From: Terriglobia bacterium
GTDB lineage: Bacteria; Acidobacteriota; Terriglobia; JAJPHL01; JAPKYU01
Direction: 5' to 3'
Assembly (NCBI GenBank): GCA_965206645.1
Contig: CBDBKE010000002.1
Location: 608,001 to 672,000, forward strand
DNA length: 64,000 nucleotides
Shown: piece by piece, positions 58,612 through 64,000 of the stretch
How positions within the stretch are numbered: position 1 is the first letter of the stretch
How the letters are laid out: each line of letters opens with the position of its first letter
Made by a program: the position numbers and the translations under genes
Notes under the pieces: generated by a model
The model's database searches: none
Told to the model about the DNA's origin: nothing
The model's input: the letters and a program-made list of their open reading frames with translations, nothing else

Positions 58612-59528
58612 GCGCACGCGTGCGCCGGCCGCAGGTCGCGTATGCACGTGCACGCGGTCTGTCGGGTCGCCGCGCGTGCGCCTTGCTCTCCGTCGCACGG
58701 TCCACGCTGGGCTACCAGTCGCGGCTGGTCGACCGGGATGCCCCGGCGCTGGCCGCGATGCGTCGTCTGGCGGCGCAGTATCCGCGGTACGGCTATCGCC
58801 GGATTCGGATTTTCCTAAAACGCGAAGGGCACACGATGAGCACGGACCGGACCCATCGCCTCTGGCGCCAGGCGGGGTTGCAGGTGCCTCGGCGGCGGCC
58901 GCGGCGCCGGGTCGCCCTGAGCCGGCCCCGCCCGGTGCCCGCCACTGCGGTCAATCACGTCTGGGCGTACGACTTCGTGTTCGACACCTGCGCGAATGGG
59001 CAGACGCTCAAGTGCCTCACCGTCGTCGACGAATGGACCCGCGAGTCACTCGCGATCGACGTGGCCGGCGGCATTCGGTCCGGGCGCGTTATCGAGGTGC
59101 TCACGCAGCTCGTGAGCGTCCACGGAGCCCCACGTTACCTCCGGTCCGACAACGGCCCCGAGTTTGTCGCGGGTGCGATTCTCCGGTGGCTGCTCCAGGC
59201 GCAGATCGAAACCGCGCTCATCGAGCCGGGCAAGCCGTGGCAGAATGCGACCGACGAATCGTTCAACGGGAAGTTCCGCGACGAGTATCTGAGCCTGCAG
59301 TGGTTTCGGAACCGCGTGGACGCGAAGGTGGGGATCGAGCAATGGCGACGGCACTACAACGACGTGCGACCGCACTCGAGCCTTGGCTATCTGACGCCAG
59401 CCGAGTTCAAAGCGCAGCTCCGTGCTGGCTCGGATGACGGTGGGCGCTCGCCGGCGATGCCGGCTCACGCTGACCAAGAAGAACACGAGAGCGACTTAAC
59501 CATGCCGACTGGCGCTGTTCTCCAGTAA
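58599..59528 (+). CDS. IS3 OrfB (expressed by -1 frameshift)
   Basis: YGYRRI, HVWAYDF, SDNGPEF, PGKPWQN...ESFNG.FRDE, RPHSSLGY. Confidence 0.92.
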   Translation, partial: KKMVGARVRRPQVAYARARGLSGRRACALLSVARSTLGYQSRLVDRDAPALAAMRRLAAQYPRYGYRRIRIFLKREGHTMSTDRTHRLWRQAGLQVPRRRPRRRVALSRPRPVPATAVNHVWAYDFVFDTCANGQTLKCLTVVDEWTRESLAIDVAGGIRSGRVIEVLTQLVSVHGAPRYLRSDNGPEFVAGAILRWLLQAQIETALIEPGKPWQNATDESFNGKFRDEYLSLQWFRNRVDAKVGIEQWRRHYNDVRPHSSLGYLTPAEFKAQLRAGSDDGGRSPAMPAHADQEEHESDLTMPTGAVLQ

Positions 59529-60327
59529 TCGGTGGTCCGAAGAAAGCCGGCAGGTCAGCAGTCCATGCGAAAGCTCAGCGAGCCGCGCACCACATTGACG
59601 CGGCGGACTACCTGGTGATGTCCATGCTCTTCTGCCGGCCCGCCCACCGGCATGTAATCGGTTATCTCGGCGACACCCTGCGGGCAAAGGAAACGGGTCG
59701 CCAGAACGTTCGTTCCCGGCCAGTAGAACTGCTTCTGGGTGACCTCGGGCACCGTGGGAGCAATCTGAAACCGTCCGCCTTTCTTGTCGTCGAGGATGGC
59801 CGCGAACACGCTCGGTGAATTGAAGTGCGGACAACAGAACCAATCAATCGAACCGTTCATTCCCACCAAAGCTACCGTGTGCATATCGCCAATGATTCCG
59901 TAGTCCTCAATCGGTTGATAAGCCATTCTGCTCCCTCCTCTGCTCCTGCTGCGCCAGCGGTCGGCTTTCCCGGTGACTGGTCCGGCGACCGGCCAGAATA
60001 CGCCAAGTCTCCCGGTGCTCGCCATAACGTACTTCCATACGTGCCAGCCCATCGCTCGGCTGTTCATCGCCCGTCATTCGTGTCTGCTCCATTTCGCGGT
60101 TCGATTCACCGCCGGTTGCTCAGTCGAGACAGGGCGCCCTTGGGAGAACTCGGGGGGATAGTTGGCCTTGACTCCGCTCACTGGGTCTTGTACCCACAGT
60201 GAAAGATACAGCGCTTGTTATTCTGATGGTGGAGCTTGGCGCATATGACTTTCGGCCGTCCTTTCAACCGCAGGTACACCTCAGATGCCAGGAGCATTCC
60301 CAGAGGCGGGGCCGTAAAGTATATAAA

Positions 60328-61975
60328 CCCGGATTTCCGTTTTGAAACTCCAAAGCTAACCTTATACTGACCTCCGACGCCAATATTTATGCCGGTTCCA
60401 GCGTCAATACAGCTTCCGGAGGTAGAAACCGAGTGGGTGAGAGGCAAAATCAGCCCTTTCAGTTCTCTTTCAATGCTGCATTGAAGGTCGATTTCCAGGG
60501 GTCGCGGGTTACTTCCGACGGCGGCCTGATCCTCGTGCGCGAATCAGACGAACATTTGGGATTCGGAGAACTCATCAAACAGCACTTGGCCGATCCTCGG
60601 AGAAAGAACACACGGTTGCCCTTTGCTGACCTCCTGCGCCAGTCCGTGTACAGCCGCTTGGCGGGTTACGAAGATATGAATGACGCGGAACGGCTCTCTC
60701 AAGATCCGACGTTCCGGCTGATCGGTTCAGAAAAGATCTGGGAGCGAGGAGCCGCGTTGACTTCCCGGCTGCAATCGTTCGAGACAGAACTACTGACGCA
60801 AGATGAGAACCTGGCTGGTTTGGCAGCGATCAACCGGGATTTAATCGCCAGGGCGGAAGCTATGGATTCCCCGCAACGGGTGGTGCTGGACATGGACTCG
60901 ACCGAGATTCCGGTCTACGGCCAGCAGGAGCAGAGTGCCTACAACGGGCATTTCGAGTCGAGCTGCTATCACCCGTTGTTGCTGTTCAATCGCGAGGGTG
61001 ACTGTCTGGCGGCCAAGCTGCGACCGGGCAACGTGCACAGCGCCGAGGACTGGAAAGAACTTCTCCTGCCGGAGATCGAGCGGCAGCAGCAGCTGGGCAA
61101 GGAAGTGGTGTTTCGTGCCGACGCGGCCTTTGCCAAGCCGGAGATTTACGAGGCTCTGGAGGAGCGGGAGGTAAAGTACGCCATCCGCATCCCGGCTAAC
61201 GACAGCCTACAGCGGGACATTGAGGAGTTGCTGACTCGGCCGGTGGGGAGACCCAGCAAGAAGCCGTTGGTGGAGTTCAAGGGCTTTCTATACCAAGCGG
61301 CCAGTTGGAAGACAGCCCGCAGGGTGGTGGCCAAGGTGGAGCATCATCCAGGGGAGCTGTTCCCGCGAGTAGGGTTTATCGTTACGAACTTGACTCTGCC
61401 AAGTCGGGCGGTGATGCGGTTTTACAACAAGCGGGGGACAGCGGCAAAGAAGGAGAGCAAGCAGTGAAGATGACGCGGCTCAGTTGTCACCGGTTCCGGT
61501 CGAACGAGGTCCGGCTGTGGCTCACCATCATTGCCTATAATCTCGGCAACCTGTGGCGGCGACTGGTGCTGCCACAGAGAATCGGGAACTGGTCCCTGAC
61601 GAGCTTGCAACAGCGGTTGGTGAAAACGGGAGGACGGCTGGTGAAACATGCGCGATATTACTGGCTTTTGCTGGCCGAAGGGCACTTGAGCCGGAGGCTG
61701 TTCAGCAGCATGCTGCGAACGATCTCGGCACTGCCGCTGCCAGACGGCTAGCGAACCGGGAGAGAGGGTAATTTTAGGTGCTCAGAAGTGGTCGGGCCGG
61801 ATAAGTGTCAGCGGCGCGGCAGGCTGGGCAGGCGAACCCCGCACAGCGACTCCGAAGAACAGCCAAAATGTGCCGCACTACCACCTCAAAGAGGCCAGAG
61901 CTGTTTGCGGTTGACACGACAGGGTACGAGGCATAGCTTTTCGGGTGAAGAGGAAGCTCAAAATGGAAATTCCGG
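60328..61975 (+). mobile_element. IS1380-family element (about 1.65 kb)
   Basis: IRs CCCGGATTTCCGTTTTG and the reverse complement CCGGAATTTCCATTTTG. Flanks ATAAA and ATCCA sit where a 5-bp TSD is expected but differ at 2 positions. Confidence 0.88.
60433..61751 (+). pseudogene. IS1380 transposase with internal deletion/frameshift near 61445
   Basis: TSDGG, GYED.ND, LDMDST, LRPGN.HSA, RADAAF. The usual YNKRGTAEQWIKEGK is reduced to RGTA|KEG; the C-terminus continues in another frame to 61751. Confidence 0.85.
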
Positions 61976-62271
61976 ATCCATAGTGTGTTCCACAGGCGAG
62001 CCGGGACTGCGGAAGCCAGAGTACGCGCCGGATTCATGCTCATGCCCGAAAGCGGAGCTTCGACCAGAATATAGGTCCCCATGTCAAGGGCGGAGTAAAA
62101 CTAGACCACTCCGGCGGAGAGAAAGTAGACCAGTTCAGGGGTGGTGGAAGCTTTGATTTGAGAGGGAGTTGCGGGGGCGGTTGGAGCGGAGGCCTGCGAC
62201 GCCCGCAGGGCGGCGCGGTTAGGCCGGAGTGGAAGCCGCCCTCGCAACTCGTCGCCCAGTATTGGGTGAGA

Positions 62272-63036
62272 TCAGGCGCGAGGCTTTCCGGAACGCCTTC
62301 GTTTGCTGTCCTTGAGCCGGCAACTTTCCCCGTTCATCTCCAGGATGTGGACATGGTGGGTGAGACGATCCAGCAGGGCTCCGGTCAGCCGCTCCGATCC
62401 GAAGGCCTCCGTCCATTCGTTGAACGGCAGGTTGCTGGTCACCACGGTGGCGCTGCGTTCGTAGCGCCGGCTGAAGACCTCAAACAGCAACTCCGCCCCA
62501 GTCTTGGATAGCGGCACGAAACCCAGCTCGTCAATGATCAACAGCTCGAAACTGGAGAGCATCTTCTGGAACCGCATCAGGCGCCGCTCGTCCTTGGCCT
62601 CGATCAGCTCATGCGCCAGGGAGGCCGCCGTAGTGAACCGGACCCGGAACCCTTTCTGACAGGCGGCCAGTCCCAGCGCCAACGCAATGTGGGTTTTTCC
62701 CGTGCCCGAGTTCCCTAAAGCCAGGATGTTCTCCTTGCGTTCGATGAACTCGCCTCGGGCCAGCTCGAGCACCAAGGCCTTATTCAGCGACGGAAGGGCC
62801 AGGAAATCGAAACTGTCGAGGCTCTTCACCACGTCGAACCTGGCTTGGTGAATGCGCCGCTCGGTGGCGCGCCGTTCCCGGTCCAGCAGCTCCAGCTCCG
62901 TCAACCGCAGCAGGTAGCGCGGGAAGTCCACGCCCTCGGCAGCGCACTGCTGCGCCACCTTGTCGTACTCACGCAAAAAGGTGGGTAATTGCAGGGCCTT
63001 CAGATGGTGTTCCAGCAACACCTGGGGCGTGTCCAT
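62272..63036 (-). CDS. istB: IS21 helper ATPase IstB
   Basis: GNSGTGKTH, LLIIDELG, TSNLPF.EW, ALLDRL.HH. Confidence 0.95.
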   Translation of the reverse strand: MDTPQVLLEHHLKALQLPTFLREYDKVAQQCAAEGVDFPRYLLRLTELELLDRERRATERRIHQARFDVVKSLDSFDFLALPSLNKALVLELARGEFIERKENILALGNSGTGKTHIALALGLAACQKGFRVRFTTAASLAHELIEAKDERRLMRFQKMLSSFELLIIDELGFVPLSKTGAELLFEVFSRRYERSATVVTSNLPFNEWTEAFGSERLTGALLDRLTHHVHILEMNGESCRLKDSKRRRSGKPRA

Positions 63037-64000
63037 CAGCAGACTCCTTCCCGGAGCAGGGTCAGATAGTCGGCGGCGGCTGTGGTGGCCACCTGCGTCG
63101 CCGGCAGGTGCGGATAGTGCTCCAGGTCCAGCCGCGCCGGCCGCTGCTCGATCCGGCCCAGCAGCAGATGCTTGACCGCGTCAGACCAGATCGCCCCCAG
63201 CCGCAAGGCGTCCTCGACGGCCAGCGACACTTCCGTCCAACGGAACGTCTCCAGCCGTCGCAGGACCTGCACATACTCCCGCTTGCCCTTCTTGCCTAAC
63301 CGCGCCTCCATCAGCCGCCGCAGTTGCGCGAAGCCTTCCGGCAACTCCCAGCCGGCCAGGGGGGCGGCCTGGTTCAACGCGTTCGGCTTCTGCTCCAGCA
63401 GCGCCAGATAGTGCAACGGATCGAAGATCATCTCTTCCCGTTCCTAGCTCCGGACATGGCGTGCGATCACTTCGCTCGCTGCACAGATCACCACTTCCTC
63501 GACGAATCCCTTCACCAGCACCTCCCGGTGCCCCCAAGCCACCGGCACCGAATAGTCGTTGGATCGATACCGCACCAGCGACAGTGACGTCACCCGTGTG
63601 GTCCGTTTGTCGCAGGCCTCATAGGGCGTCGCCGGCAGGGGCAGCAGCCTCTGTTGATCCTTCGCGAACCGCTCGCCGATCGTCTCTTGATGTCCTCGCA
63701 GACGCCGCTCTCGCCGCCGGGTGCACTGTTCCCGCAGCTTCGCGTGCAACTCCTCCCAGCTGGCACACCGCGGCACCGGCACCAGGAAGTTCCGCCGCAC
63801 GTAACCCACTAGTCCTTCCACTTTCCCTTTGTCATTGCCCTTGCCCGGTCGTCCGAACTTCTCCGCAAACAGGTAGTGACTCTGCAGTTCGGAGAACGCC
63901 CGCGTCTTGTTCCGTGTTCCGTCACCCAGGATCTGCCTCACCGCCAGCTTGGTGTTGTCGTACAGGATCGTGCGAGGCACTCCGCCGAAGTAGCCGAACG
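63036..64000 (-). pseudogene. istA: IS21 transposase IstA with in-frame nonsense codon
   Basis: YDN, GNDKGKVE..V.Y.RRN, SN.YSVP. In-frame TAG at 63446-63444 in RHVRS*EREEMIFDPLHYL, where Tyr is expected. Confidence 0.88.

Larger units (their letters stand above)
58278..59557 (+). mobile_element. Complete IS3-family element (1280 bp) with 4-bp TSD GCAG
   Basis: IRs TGACCTGCC... and ...GGCAGGTCA; GCAG at 58274-58277 and 59558-59561. Confidence 0.95.
56807..59926 (-). pseudogene. GH15 glucoamylase/trehalase interrupted by IS3
   Basis: N-part PIEDYG.IGD..T.ALV...GSIDW.C.P; C-part AAPT.SLPE..GG.RNWDYRY.WIRD, GIWE, LYAEE...LGNFPQAF.H. The frame rejoins as FRMDC|QPAFNYAR across the TSD. Confidence 0.92.
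60178..62081 (-). pseudogene. Aquaporin/MIP channel gene cut by IS1380 and IS21 (visible pieces 61976-62081 and 60178-60327)
   Basis: EAPLSGMSMNPART (second NPA) then LW|IYFTAPPLG, with tail CAKLHHQNNKRCIFHC*. Confidence 0.85.
62082..64000 (-). mobile_element. IS21-family element (continues beyond the window)
   Basis: End TGTCAAGG with repeated subterminal boxes GGCGGAGTAAAACTAGACCA and GGCGGAGAGAAAGTAGACCA; istA-istB pair. Confidence 0.92.

Noticed and set aside
59927-60177. Extra gene or GH15 N-terminal extension between the aquaporin and GH15
   Set aside because: GH15 has a good RBS (GAGGAGGGAG) before the ATG at 59926, and the short ORFs here have no recognisable features.
63444-63446. 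Programmed readthrough (pyrrolysine or recoding) of the istA TAG
   Set aside because: The position corresponds to a Tyr codon one substitution away, TAG ends many normal genes in this window, and the region is generally decaying.

Overview
GC-rich bacterial chromosome segment. Gene content and order (mreBCD-mrdA-rodA-rne/rng, M1 peptidase-TPR, lpxB, split cytochrome b) suggest Acidobacteriota; this is inference. A housekeeping core runs from about 7.6 to 51.4 kb. It holds RNase E/G with a very long S1 insertion, the elongasome operon, a methylmalonyl-CoA mutase catalytic subunit, tRNA-Ser(UGA), two ABC systems, greA, a pgsA-like gene, a YyaL-like gene, lpxB, queD, a DinG helicase and der. It also holds an unusual respiratory operon: Rieske, split cytochrome b (no heme-ci Cys, APWY Qo motif), a 1060-aa octaheme cytochrome c, a blue-copper-type lipoprotein and heme O/A synthases. 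Two decaying accessory regions flank the core. The left one (1.7-7.6 kb) is a nested IS stack: IS1182 inside IS3, abutting a truncated IS3, abutting a truncated XRE repressor, followed by phage/island-like genes. The right one (51.5-64 kb) is a same-strand cluster of aquaporin, GH15, Fe-S GMC oxidoreductase, DoxX, secreted VOC protein, glucose dehydrogenase, flavin reductase and Zn-ribbon protein, broken by IS3, IS1380 and IS21 insertions and a frameshift. The best candidates for under-described systems are the respiratory operon and the aquaporin/GH15/GMC cluster. Several gene relics that the ORF track misses or misrenders (Ser/Thr kinase, XRE, GH57, YdcF, aquaporin) and a pattern of tandem duplications at start/stop codons were also seen. 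No CRISPR array or rRNA. All calls come from motif reading by eye; no searches were run.
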